From Mobula hypostoma (lineage: Eukaryota): a stretch of 64,000 nt of DNA. Below, in pieces: positions 51,422-64,000 of the stretch; positions within the stretch are counted from its first letter, which is position 1, and the number at the start of each line of letters is the position of its first letter. The stretch covers positions 8,248,001-8,312,000 of the forward strand of contig NC_086101.1 in assembly GCF_963921235.1 (NCBI RefSeq). The letters run 5' to 3'. The notes under the pieces were generated by a model. It saw only the letters and a program-made list of their open reading frames with translations. It was not told the DNA's origin and did no database searches. The translations under genes and the position numbers were made by a program.

Positions 51422-54345
51422 GAGATAGGGGGCTCATTAAGGAGAGATGACAATTGAAGAAACAGTGAAGAAAATCAACCATGGAGGAAAAAGAAGGAGT
51501 CAACATCCTGCAGGCAGAACTAAAGGCATGACTGTTGACTCCAAGGAGGGCAGAAAACCTTAGGCTTCGAAGAAAGAAGAATAAGCATACTTGGACACAG
51601 TTATATAAGGACCCCTACGAGTTCGTGAAAAGCATTTTCACAAAGCAGAAGAATGGAACACTTAAGATGTCAAAGGAAGAGTTGGAAGATCATCTGAAGC
51701 TGACATACTCAGACAGCCAGAGAGCTAACCACATCTCACCACCTACAGATATGCCACCCATCCACCCTCCACATCAGCAATTTGACATCAGTCCCCCCAG
51801 ATACAGTGAGGTAATAAAAGTCGTAAAGCGAGCGAGGGCTGCGTCAGTGTCAGGGCCAGGTGGAGTTCCATACAAACTCTACAAAAATGCACTGAGTCCT
51901 GAACTTCTTATGGAAACAGAGGAAGGTGGTCTGGAAGAATAAACTTATTCCGGGCAGAAGGAATTCTAATTCCTAAAGAAAGATTCCTCAGAAATGGGAC
52001 AGTTTTGGCAAATACATTTATTAAATGTTGAAGGGAAATATTTTTCAGTGTCATAGCACAAATGTTGTCTATTTACCTGGAGGAAAATAACTTCATTGAC
52101 ACACATGTGCAGGAGGCAGGGATGCTGGGTTTTTCTGGCTGCTTGGAACACACAAGCATAATTTGGTATCAAATACAAACTGCTAAAAGGGAAAGAAGAG
52201 ACCTCTATGATTTGTTCTTAGACCTAGCCAATGCCTTTGGGTCAGTCTCGCAGAACCTCCTGTGGTCTTCATTCGAATTCTTCCGTGCACCAAAATGTGT
52301 TACAACCCTGGTCAAAGCCTACTTTTGAGATCACCAGGTCTCATTGATAACCGCAGAGTACAACACAGTCAGGCAGCCTGTGGAGACAGGTATAAGGTCA
52401 GGTTGCACCAACTCTCCACTGGCCTTTACCACGGCAATGGAAGGAATCATTAGAACTTCTAAATGGATAGTAGGAGGAGAACGACTGAAGTCAGGACTAC
52501 GCCTACCACCAACCTGGGCATTTAAGGATGATTTAACTATCCTGACACTACCATCCCATGTACCAAACTGTTGTCTGAGAAGCTCCCATTCAAACATCAA
52601 ATGGGCCCAAATGACGATTAAAACAAAGAAGTCTCGAAACGTTTCTAAAGTCAAGGGAAGGCTGGTCGACTATAAGTTCCATGTGGATGGGAAAGTAATT
52701 CCTACCCTGTCAGAAGTGTCAGTTAAAAGCTTGGGGCATTGGTATGATGTAAACCCCAGTAATACAAATCAAGTGAAACTGCTGAGAGGAGAAATCATCA
52801 AAGGGCTTAAAGCCACGATAAGACCTTGCTGCCAGGAAACCTCAAGCTCTGGTGCCTTCAGATTGGATTGCTCCCTCAGGTGTTGAAAAGCTGGAGAGGA
52901 CAGTTAGTTCCTTCATTAAGAAGTGGATGGACCTCCCAGATCGCTAAGTAACATCTACCTGTATGGCAAAGGAGCTCTGGAGCTGCCTGTTACGGGGCTG
53001 ACTGAAGAGTTCAAGTGTGCCAAGGTGAGACTTGAGATGACTCTCGGAATCCCGTGACAGTGTTGTCCAGGATATTGCGCCCAGGACCTTAACAGGGAGA
53101 AAGTGGTGTCCAGCAGAGTCAGTAAAACAGGCAAAAGCAGCTCTCAGGTTTGCAGACATGGTGGGACATGGTGGACCAGGTGCAATCTGGAAGAGGGTCC
53201 TTGGCACAGGCTCAAATAGGCCCATTTGGGAAAAGGCAACAACACAAAAGCAAGGGTGAGCTATGGTTGTGGAGGAAGTACAGTGACGGGAGGAGCAGAT
53301 GAGGTTTGCAAGAGCAGTGTCCCAGGCAAAACAGCAACAGTGGGCAAGGTGTAAAAACACTGAGAAAAGAAAATTTAGCTGGAAAGACTTATGGGAAAAG
53401 GAAGAAAGAAAGATTAGCTTCCTTATAAGAGCTGTTTATGATGTTCTCCCAGCTTCCAAAAATCTGAACCAGTGACTCGGCAAAGACCCAGCTTGTCTTC
53501 TCTGTGGAACAATAGCAAAACTCAAGCACATCCTCTCATCTTGCAAAGTAAGCCTCACTCGAGGAAGATACACATGGAGGCACAACCAGGTCCTCAAGTG
53601 TTTGGCATCCATTGTGGAGAAGCAAAGGCTGAACGACAACTCTAAACCCCATATGACTGGAAGAAGCACCATCCCCTTTGTCCAGCAAGGGCAGACAGTG
53701 GTACCCTCAGTGACACGGCTGGTGTCAGGCCTGCTCGTGACTGGAACGTGGTTGTCGATCTTGACAAAAGGCTAGCATTTCCCCCAGAAGATAGCCACCA
53801 CCACACTCAGAACAGATTCAGTCTTGTAGTCTAGCAGCCTGTCTGGAGGCTGTAGTAATCTCAGTGCTCACAGTGACCTGGGAAGATGCGGTCTGCAAGG
53901 TGTATGAGCGGAAACATGTAAGGTACGCTGAGCTGGCCGCAGACGCTAAGCAACGTGGATGGAAGGCGCAGATTTTCCCAGTAGATGTTGGCCGCAGAGG
54001 ACTTGTTGCTACATCCGCGGTCAGATTGCTGAAGGGGTTGGGCGTCTGAGACCAGGCAAGCTATAAAAGAACTCTTGGAGGTAGCCGAGCGAAGCAGTCA
54101 CTGGTTACGTGTGAAGAGGAGTGACGGCAACTGGGTTGCACCTGGGATGCCGGGTCGCACTGTTGAGCCCTCTGGAGACGAACTGGGCTTAAACTGACGA
54201 AACATCTGAGAAGGGGAAGGGTGGTGCCTAGCTGACCACCCCTGGGGAGCACCTTCCACCCTTCAAGCCCCACCTCAGATCTCTATGCTATGACCTGAGC
54301 TGGGATCTGCTTATCAAAGGGATTGAAACATCTTGTTCTATGAGC
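51422..54345 (+). mobile_element. Decayed HERO-clade (RLE-type) non-LTR retrotransposon
   Basis: KDPYEFVKSIF..RARAASVSGPGGVPY; RT motifs LLNVEGKYF, GFSGCLEH, FLDLANAFGSV, SGCTNSPLAF, AFKDDL; CCHC knuckle CLLC..HILSSC + GRYTWRHNQVL (from 53494); RLE motif LTVTWED..YERKHVRYAELA; many stops and frameshifts. Confidence 0.85.
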
Positions 54346-54428
54346 TCAAACATAAAATATTGCACTGTACTGCTGCAGCAAAACAGCAAATTTCATGACA
54401 TAGGCCAGTGTTATTAAACCTGATTCTG

Positions 54429-54432
<4 letters not shown>

Positions 54433-54461
<29 letters not shown>
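54433..54461. repeat. (AC)n microsatellite
   Basis: About 14 AC units. Confidence 0.95.
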
Positions 54462-54464
<3 letters not shown>

Positions 54465-56549
54465 CTTGGGATGGGCCTGGCCAGTTTACTAACCAATACC
54501 ATCAAGTGATGAAAATTAATGCAGAGGTTTGAAGAGCAGGACATGTAGCTCTTCCACAACCCAAAGCAGAAACTAGGAAGAAACACAATTCCACAAGGAA
54601 TGGCAGGAGATGAGAGCTCCACTGTTCATTAAGTTGTTTTTTTTTTGCCTCAGCACCCCTTTCTTGCACCAACCCCATTTCCCCGAATTCACTTCAGAGC
54701 CAAAAATCCATCCATCTTTCCCTGAACACACTCAATGACTCAGCCCCTACTCATGAATTACAAAAACTCACCAGCCTCAGTGAAACTAATGTTTAGTTGA
54801 CCCCTGACCATACGACCTCCGACCTCTGGGTTTGAGACACCCCAGTTAAGAGAAATACCCTTCCCGCACCTGGTTTGATAAGCTCATGGAGTACTTTGTT
54901 TACCTCAATGTGATCTCTTCTAACTTTCTTAAACTTCAGACTGAAGAGGCCCAGAGATGTAGGGTCTTGACCCAAAATATTGATGGTTCCTCCCCCCACC
55001 ACTGGACCCACAAAAGATGCTGGATTGGCTGAATTCCTCCAGCAGTTTGCTTGTTGCTCCAGATTCCAGCACCAGTAGTCTCATGTGCCTAAGGAATTGT
55101 CCCAGTTCGATTAATCTCTCCACAGTGGACAAATCCAGTCCTACAAACTGATCCTGGGCACTTCCATCACCCTCCCTGCCCCAGCACAAACCAGTGCATC
55201 TGTAGTGGGAAGACTGAATCTCAACAATATTCTAGATATGGACTCAACAGGGCCACATACATATGCCCTATTCAAGTCAGCCATAGAATAGCGGAGCCCA
55301 GAGCCAGCTGAAAGTTCAAAGTAAATTTATTATCAAAGTGCACACTGCATAACTCACCATACACCAAGCTGAGATTGATTTTCTTGCAGCCATTGGCAGT
55401 AGAACAAAAAAATACAATAGAATCAAGGAGAAACTACACACACACTGACCGACAAACAAGAATTGTGCAAAAGAAAACAAACCGTGAAAATACAAAAAAA
55501 GAAAATAATGGATAAATAAATCAATAGATAGATAAATAAATAAACGGGAAATGAATAAATAAACAACCCGATAAATAAACATATAGAGAAATAAATGAAC
55601 AGATAGATAAATACTGAGAACTTCAGTTGCAGAGTTCTTGAAAGTGACTCTATAGGTTGTGGAATCAGTTCAGTGTTGAGGTAATTGAGGTTATTCATGC
55701 TGGTTCAGGAACCTGATCGTTGAGGGTAATAAATGTTCCTGGACCTATTGGTGTGGGACCTGAGGCTCCTGTAGTTTCTGCCTGATGCCAGCAGCGAGAA
55801 GAGAGCATTCACCCTATCTTACCCATGTGAAGCATCACGTACCCATGTAGACCAGACCCTTTTGTCCATATTTGGTCTGTTACCCGCTCTACTTCTTTAA
55901 TGTTAAGGGAGTCTGTGCTTCCACTGCCCCCTCAAACAGTATGTTACAAATTTCTCTGGGGACTAACCTTCTGAACTCCTCGAGTACTTTGTGTTTGTGT
56001 GTGCTGCTCAAGACTTCCGGTATTTACAGAATCTCTTGTGCTATGAAACTTAGAACATCTGACATTGCTGATGTGCCATTTTTGGCCTAGTCCTTCTTCT
56101 GTCCATAAAAGGTGTCTCCAAGCACGCAGTCTCGATGCCTTCGGGTTACAGATTGTGTGATATTGCTGTGCAGCAGATCCCTGTGTTTGTGTTGCGTTGC
56201 AGTGCTTGCACCTTCCAGGGGTTCCCGACGTTTTTTTATGCCATGGACCCCCACCATTAACAGAATCGCCTTAAAGGAAGCTGATTTAAACTGCTAGAGA
56301 AAGGTGAGTTGTCTCCCTGAATTGCCATCACTAAAACAGATCCGCTGTTGCTCTTCGTTCCATTCTGGATTTTGGGAGCTTAAAGTAATGCAGTTAGATT
56401 CCACCCTTGTGACACAGCGTGGAAAGTTCTGTGATTGTGAAACTTCTTTTTTTCCCTGTTCCTCATGATTCATACGTGGTTGGACACAGTCTAAATGCCT
56501 GGCCGAGTCTCAGCAGGGTTTAACTCCTAACTTCTGCACTGGGAATCAG

Positions 56550-57545
56550 AGTACAGAGAAAATTTACAAGGATGTTGCTGGGTCTTGAGGACCTAAGTTA
56601 TAGCGAATGGTTGAACAGGTTCGAACTTCACTCCCTAGACCGTAGAAGAATGGGGGGTGGGGGGGGGAAGAGATTTGACGGGGGTGTACAACATTATTAG
56701 GGATATAGATAGGGTAAATGCAAGCAGACATTTTGCACTGAGGTTGGGTGAGAATACAACTGGAGGTATTATGTTAAGAGTGAAAAGTGACATATTTAAG
56801 AGGAACCTGAGGGGGAACTTCACTCTGAAGGTGGTGAGAGTGTGAAACGGGCTGCCGGTGGAAGTGCTGGGTTGCAGCATTTAAGAGGTTTGCATAGGTA
56901 CATGGATGAGAGGGCTATGGTCTGGGTGCAGATCGATGGGACTAGGTGGAATAAGAGTTTGGCATGAACTAGATGAGCAAAAGGGCCTATTGTTGTTCTG
57001 TTGTGTTCGAGGACTCTATGGTTTGATAAAGTCCATTCCCGCTTCCTGTCACTAAGTTTCCCGCCACTGACATCCTGGGGTCAGGACCAGCCGCTGCAGC
57101 CTGTAAAACAAAATCTCATCTGCCTGCACATCTCCAGATCCCTCCATTTGCTGTCCACCATACATCCTCTTAAACCCCTCCATCATGTGTACAAGATAAT
57201 GAGAGGCATTGATTGTGTGGATAGTCAGAGGCTTTTCCCCAGGGCTGAGATGGCTAGCACGAGAGGGCACAGTTTTAAGGTGCTTTAAGAAGTAGTTTTA
57301 AGAAGTAGGTACGGAGAAGATGTCAGGAGTAAGGTTTTATCCAGAGAGTGGTGAGTGCATGGAATGGGCTGCCGGTGACGGTGGTGGAGGCGGATATGGT
57401 AGGGTCTTTTAAGAGACTCCTGGATAGGTACATGGAGCTCAGTAAAATAGAGTGCTATGGGTAATTTCTAAGGTCAGGACAAGTTTGGTACAGCTTTGTG
57501 GGCCGAAGGGCCTGTATTGTGCTGTAGATTTTCTAAGTTTCTGTG
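56550..57545 (+). mobile_element. Two successive CR1 3' fragments
   Basis: RDLTGVYNIIRDIDRVN (56550-57020) and VYKIMRGIDCVDSQRLFPR (57187-57545). Confidence 0.85.
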
Positions 57546-57884
57546 TCAGCTTCCTGCATCACCTCTGGCTGACCATTCCAGGAATGTGTTAAAAAACAGT
57601 CCCTCTTCCCACCACATCTCCTTTAAACTTTCCTCTTGGCTGGGCCAGCCACGTACCCTGTGTGCTCACAAGAATGAATTAGAAGCTGTGTATCCCTCCA
57701 TTCACTGCACGTTCATGTATCTATCTCACTGTCTCTTAATTGCAACTATCATATCAGCTTGAGGCTTTGTAAGGCATTGGGCAGATCACATTTGGAGCAT
57801 TGGGCCTCCTATCTAAAAAAGAATGTCTTGGCTTTGGAGAGGATCTGGAGGAGGTTTACAAGAATGAAAGGGTTAATGGTTAAT

Positions 57885-58450
57885 GGCCACTTCCCAGAAG
57901 GCACACATTTTAATTGTTATTCCCATTCCCAGTCCAGCATGTCAGTCCATGACCTCCTCTTGAGACACAATGAGGCCACCCTCAGGGAGAAGCAAGACTT
58001 CATATTCCGCCTGGTTAGCCTCCAACCTGATGCCATCAATATCAATTTCTCCAACTTCCAGTAAAAAAATATCCTCCACCTCACCTTTTCTTCTATTTCC
58101 CTACTCCGGCCTCTTGTCTCCTCCAACCTGCCAGTCGGCTCCCCCTGGTACTCCTCCTTCTTCCCTTTCTCCTATGATCTACTCTCCTTTCCTATCAGAT
58201 ACCTTCTTCTCCAGCCCTTTACCATTCCCACCCACCTGGTTTCACCTATCACCTTCTAGCTAGTCTTACTTCCCCTCCCTCCACTTTTTTATTCTGGCAT
58301 CCTCCTCCTTCTCCTCCAGTTCTGAAGAAGGGTCTCGGCCCAAAAAGTCAACTGTTTGTTTATTTTCATAGATGCCGACTGGCCTTCTGAGTTCCTCCAG
58401 CATTTTCTGTGTGTTGCTCGGGATTTCCAGCATTTGGAGAATTTCTTGTG
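57885..58450 (+). mobile_element. Penelope-like 3' end inserted in a CR1 fragment
   Basis: HFN..HS..MSVHDLL..NEATLREKQDFIFRLVSLQPDAININFSNF GIY-YIG C-terminus, pLTR and hammerhead remnant at 58317-58355; CR1 at 57760-57884 resumes at about 58455. Confidence 0.85.
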
Positions 58451-61400
58451 GTTATGGTTAATATATGAGGAATGTTGGATGGTTCTCAGTATGTAATCTT
58501 GAGAGTTTAGAAGCATGAGAGATGATCTCATTGAAACCTACAAAGAATTAAAAGACTTAGCTAGAACAGACATGATGATGTTTCCAATAGTGGGAGAACT
58601 TCAGAATACAGGGATATTGCTTTGAAACAGAGATGAGGAGGGATTTCTTTCATCAGGGGGTGCTAAATTTATGGAATTCATTGCCACAGATGGTTGTGGA
58701 GGCCAAAAGCATTGGATATATTTAAATCGAAGTTGGTTAGCTAATTGACTAACAAGCTTACAGGGAGAACCAGGAGAATAAGTTTGAGAGGGAAAAAAAA
58801 TCATCCATGATCAAATGGCAGAGCAGACACAATGTGCGTAACAGCCTAATTCTTCTCCGATGTCTTATGGCTCCCCCCAAGTGAAACTCCAAGGTGTGTG
58901 CACCAATTTCAAGGCATGAATCAGTGGTGTAATGAGACCTCCCCACTAACCTCCAACATCTCAGGAACATCGACACTGTCTAGTGTAAGGAAACCCCTTG
59001 AATAGCATGCCCTCCCCCCACTTGCACTCCCTCCCTTCACTACTGGTACACAGTTGCTGCAGTGCGCGCTCTCAACAGACTGCGCTGTGGTTCCACTCTA
59101 TCCGCATCCCCCAAACTCAATGCCTCCACAAAGCGCAGTGGGCACCCACTGCATGAAATATATCATGGGGTCTAAATCCTGACACTCCCTCCCCTGCAGC
59201 TCCACAAGGACAGCAGTGGCCCACCACCGTGACGTCAAGGGCTGTGAATGCTGGTGGCGCCTACATTTTGAGAATGGATGGTTTGGCTGAAAGAGGTGGG
59301 AAGATTTCCTATGGACATTGAGCAAAAGAACCATCAGAATGTTGTAGACTCAGCCAGCTCCATCACAGGCACCCCACCATCGAGGACATCTCCAATAACC
59401 AGTTCTTCAAGAAAGTGATATCCATCATGAAAAATCATCACCATCCAGGACATGGTCTCTTCACTACCACCTGGGAGGAGGTATGAAGATCCACACTCAA
59501 TGCTTTCGAAACAGCTCCTTCCTCTCTGTCATCAGATTTCAGAATAGACAATGAACCCATGTACACTGTTTCACTATTCTAATTCTGATTCTAATTATAA
59601 TTCTCATTCTGATTCTGACTTTGATAACAATTCTGATTCTGATTCTGATTCTGAATGGCTGTTCAATCCGTTATGACTACGCTGTTTATAGAACACATTG
59701 TTCCCTTTCTCAGTTAATGAGCTTCGTGGTCAGTGCATCTGGGATTTTGAGATCTCAGACTTCACCGCTGTGGAAGCGGAATAAAATTCAAAAATAACAT
59801 TGCTTTTCAAACCCCAAGAATGATTAATATTCCACAGAAGAAAGATAATTTATTAGTTTAGTGCCCGGAGACAGAACAGCTGTACTTAAGCCTCCAAATG
59901 GTTCTATAAATACTCCAAAGCTTAAACAGCATAAAGGAAATGAATGGGAAAGGATACAGACAGAATAAATTAGCACTGTGCTTTGCAGTTGCTATTGAAC
60001 CATTTTATCTCAGTTCTGAAGGTGATGACAAGTTTGCCGAGCAGAGTTTGTGAGAACTCATGCAATGATCTGAGACAGATTGGAGAGGCTTGAACAGAGG
60101 CAGTTGAGAATTGAAGGTGTATTAAAGTCCAGAGGGGCCCCAGTGGTGTAAACAGCACTTGGTTCACTTAGAAGATTGGTCAAACACTAGAGAAACATGG
60201 ACATATTAGGAGAAGGATTAGAGATGAGAAGGGAAAATGTTTTTTATCATCCATTTTTTGCGATGGGGTCTAGAGCTCACGACCTGAGGAGAGAGACAGA
60301 AACCCAGGTATTTACAGAAAATTAAATAATACCCAGGTATTTACAGAAAATTGGTGACCTGCAGTACTGGGTGACCTTATGCCGACCGTAGGTCGGTGAC
60401 CAGTAGTGTTCCACAGGGGTCAGTTCTGGGACCCCTGTCTCATTGTGATTTTTGTAAATGACTTGGACGAGGAAGTGCCAGGCTGGTTTAGTAAGTTTGG
60501 AGATGAAGCCAAGATTGGTTGTGCTCTGGATAGTGTTGAAGGTTGTCATAGGTTACATAGATAGGTTGTAGGGCTGGGGTAAGAGGTGGCGGAGGTCAAT
60601 CTGTATAACTGTAAAGTGATTCACTTTGAAAGTTTGAACTTGAAGACAGAGTACAGGGTTAAATGGCAACTTTGATGTGTGGTACAGGGTTAATGGCAGG
60701 ATTCTTAGCAAGGCTGAGGAACAAAAGGATCTTGAGTTCACACCCATGGATCCTTCAAAGATGCAACACAAGTTCATAGGGTTAAGGAAGGCAAAATGCA
60801 GCAACAAAGATCCTCACCATGGCATCTTCTCACAGTTCCCATCAGACAGGAGGTACAAAACCACCTGGTTCAGAAACAACTATTCTTCATCCGACCTGCA
60901 TAATTCTAATCACTACGTCAGTATAGCAACACATTGATTGCTGTGACTATTTTGCAACTATGATAGACTGCATTTTAGTTCCAACTGTGTTTCTTTCTTG
61001 TATAATTCTGGCTTCTTCCCCCTTCTTTTCCAGCCCTGATAACGAGTCTTGGCCCCAAATATCAACTGTGTTTTGCCCTACAGAATTCTTTCAGAATTTT
61101 GTATGTGTTTCTCTGGATTTCCAGCATCTACAGAATCTCTTTGTGTTTATAAATGTCAACTCATGTCTTTCCCACTCATTCACGCTCAAACCCCCCCTTG
61201 GGAGCCAAAAGACCAGACAAGGGAGTGAAGGGTCTTTGAACATTGATTTCTCCTTCTGGCAATTTTTTTTCTCTTTCTTTCTTTACCCCTCCCCCGTCCC
61301 TCTTCCTCCATTCACCACACTGGTCTCTCACCTTTTCCCCTCACCTGCCTATCACCTCCCCCTGGTGCTCCTCCTCCTCACCTTTCTCCTATGATCCACT

Positions 61401-62214
61401 TTCTTCTCCTATCAGATTCCCTCTTCTCCAGCCCTTGACTTTCCGACCTACTTGGCTTCACCTTTCACCTTCTAGTTACCTTACTTCCACTGCCACCACC
61501 ATTTTATTCTGGTGTCTCCCCCCTTTCTTTCCAGTCCTGAAGAAGGGTCTCATCCTGAAAAATCAACTGTTTATTTATTTCCACAGGTGCTGCCTGACCT
61601 GATGAGTTTCTCCAGAAATTTGTGTGTGTTGCTTTGGATTTCCAGCATCTGCAGAATCTCTTATGTTTGTAATTTATTTTTAATGTATGTTTTTCTTTCT
61701 TGGGAACACTGCTTGCCTGATGCTCTGTGCCTGTGATGGTGCTGCAAGTTATGCAATGTACCTGTTCAGACCTGTGCCAATGCTAGTGACTGTGGTATAT
61801 TGGCAGGAGGTCTGGGAATGGACAGCCTTGAGCCCAGGGACAGGAGGAAACACATGGGTCACCAAAGGACAGGATCTGGAGCAGAGCTGGGCCGAGGTTC
61901 ACACCCTGATGATTGACAAGCTGGTTCAAAGGGTCTGAAGGGCCTTCACTGTGCACGTTTCAAATCCCTCCCCATCCCAAAGTCCATAACTTTGCCCTAT
62001 CCTTCCATGACCTCGGAATCATGTTTAATACCATAGGCATAAATAATGAAATTTGTTATTTTGCAGCAGTACATTGCAATATATAATAATAAAATTATAA
62101 ATTACAATAAGAAGCATATATTAAAAATATATTAAATAAGTAATGCCAAAAAAAGTGAATAGATTACAGAGGAAGCATTCATGGGTTCATTGTTATTAAT
62201 GAATAACACAGATA

Positions 62215-64000
62215 GTTATTAATGAATATGATACAGTTGGGATCACAGAGACATGGCTCCAGGGTAACCAAGGATGGGAGCTCAACATTCAGGGATATTC
62301 AATATTCAGGAGAGACAGACATTAAAGTAAAGGAGGTGGGGTAGCATTGCTGGTTAGAGAGGAGATTAACGCAATAGAAAGGAAGGACATTAGCCGAGAG
62401 GATGTGGAATCGATATGGGTAGAGCTGCATAACACTAAGGGGCAGAAAACACTGGTGGGAGTTGTGTACAGGCCACCTAACAGTAGTAGTGAGGTTGGGG
62501 ATGGCATTAAACAGGAAATTAGAAATGCGTGCAATAAAGGAACAGCAGTTATAATGGGTGACTTCAATCCACATATAGATTGGGTGAACCAAATTGGTAA
62601 GGGTGCTGAGGAAGAGGATTTCTTGGAATGTATGCGGGATGGTTTTCTGAACCAACATGTCGAGGAACCAGCTGGAGAGCAGACCATTCTAGACTGGGTA
62701 TTGAGCAATGAGGAAGGGTTAATTAGCAATCTTGTCGTGAGAGGCCCCTTGGGTAAGAGTGGCCACAATATGGTGGAATTCTTCATTAAGATGGAGAGCG
62801 ACATAGGTAATTCAGAAACAAAGGTTCTGAACTTAAAGAAGGGTAACTTTGAAGGTATGAGATGTGAATTAGCTAAGATAGACTGGCAAATGATACTTAA
62901 AGGGTTGACGGTGGATATGCAATGGCAAGCATTTAAAGATCGCATGGATGAACTACAACAACTGTTCATCCCAGTTTGGCAAAAGAATAAACTAGGGAAG
63001 GTAGTGCACCCATGGCTGACATGCGAAATTAGGGATAGTATCAATTCCAAAGAAGAAACATACAAATTAGCCAGAAAAAGCGGTTCACCTGAGGACTGAG
63101 AGAAATTCAGAGTCCAGCAAAGGAGGACGAAGGGCTTAATTAGGAAAGGGATAAAAGATTATGAGAGAAAACTGGCAGGGAACATAAAAACTGACTGTAA
63201 AAGCTTTTATAGATATGTGAAAAGAAGACTGATTAAGACAAATGTAGGTCCCTTACAGTCAGAAACAGGTGAATTGATCATGGGGACAAGAACATGGCAG
63301 ACCAATTGAATAACTACTTTGGTTCTGTCTTCACTAAGGAGGACATAAATAATCGTCTGGAAATAGTAGGGGACTGAGGGTCTAGTGAGATGGAGGAACT
63401 GCGGGAAATACATGTTAGTAGGGAAGTGGTGTTGGGTAAATTGAAGGGATTAAAGGCAGAAAAAAATCCCCAGGGCCAGATGGTCTGCATCCCAGAGTGC
63501 TTAAGGAAGTAGCCCAAGAAATAGTGGTTGCATTAGTGATAATTTTTCAAAACTCGTTAGATTCTGGACTAGTTCCTGAGGATTGGAGGGTGGCTAATGT
63601 AACCCCGCTTTTTAAAAAAGGAGGGAGAGAGAAACCGGGGAATTATAGACTGGTTAGTCTAACATCGGTGGTGGGGAAAATGCTAGAGTCAGTTATCAAA
63701 GATGTGATAACAGCACATTTGGAAAGCGGTGAAATCATCGGACAAAGTCAGCATGGATTTGTGAAAGGAAAATCATGTCTGACGAATCTCATAGAATTTT
63801 TTGAGGATGTAACTAGTAGAGTGGATAGGGGAGAACCAGTGGATGTGGTAGCTTTGGATTTTCAAAAGGCTTTTGACAAGGTCCCACACAGGAGATTAGT
63901 GTGCAAACTTAAAGCACACGGTATTGGGGGTAAGGTATTGATGTGGATAGAGAATTGGTTGGCAGACAGGAAGCAAAGAGTGGGAATAAACGGCACCTTT
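62215..64000 (+). mobile_element. Long CR1 LINE ORF2 (APE endonuclease into RT), continues beyond window
   Basis: VGITETWL, GGGVALLV, GVVYRPP, MGDFN, LDWVL, SGHNMV; then WRVANVTPLFKKG, PGNYRLVSLTS, QHGFVKGKSCLTNL, LDFQKAFDKVPH; a few stops and frameshifts. Confidence 0.95.

Noticed and set aside
60302..60352. 22-bp direct repeat ACCCAGGTATTTACAGAAAATT
   Set aside because: Simple local duplication inside decayed repeat sequence; similar slips at 57284-57308 and 60650-60697.
62322..63065. 247-aa minus-strand ORF
   Set aside because: Antisense shadow of CR1 ORF2.

Overview
Eukaryotic, intron/intergenic-type vertebrate DNA that is mostly transposon-derived. The repeat content (CR1/HER1-type LINEs, V-domain SINEs, Rex1/Babar LINEs, abundant Penelope-derived short repeats, Tc1 remnants) suggests a cartilaginous fish, probably a ray (inference). 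No complete, recognisable host gene is present, and nearly all listed ORFs are sense or antisense pieces of retroelements. The main non-repeat landmark is a CpG island at about 41.4-41.95 kb with a plausible minus-strand first exon (MASLTVSALVWP|GTGAGT), plus a few weak candidate exons on both strands. Most interesting observations: (i) about 25 Penelope-derived repeats carrying a minimal, dimer-type hammerhead ribozyme motif, one nearly intact copy lying in a ~320-bp inverted repeat; (ii) an HDV-like ribozyme candidate at the 5' end of a non-autonomous RTE derivative; (iii) a ~2.9-kb decayed HERO-type retrotransposon (RT + CCHC + restriction-like endonuclease); (iv) several non-autonomous LINE derivatives and nested insertions with visible target-site duplications. 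Boundaries were read by eye and are approximate unless motif coordinates are given.
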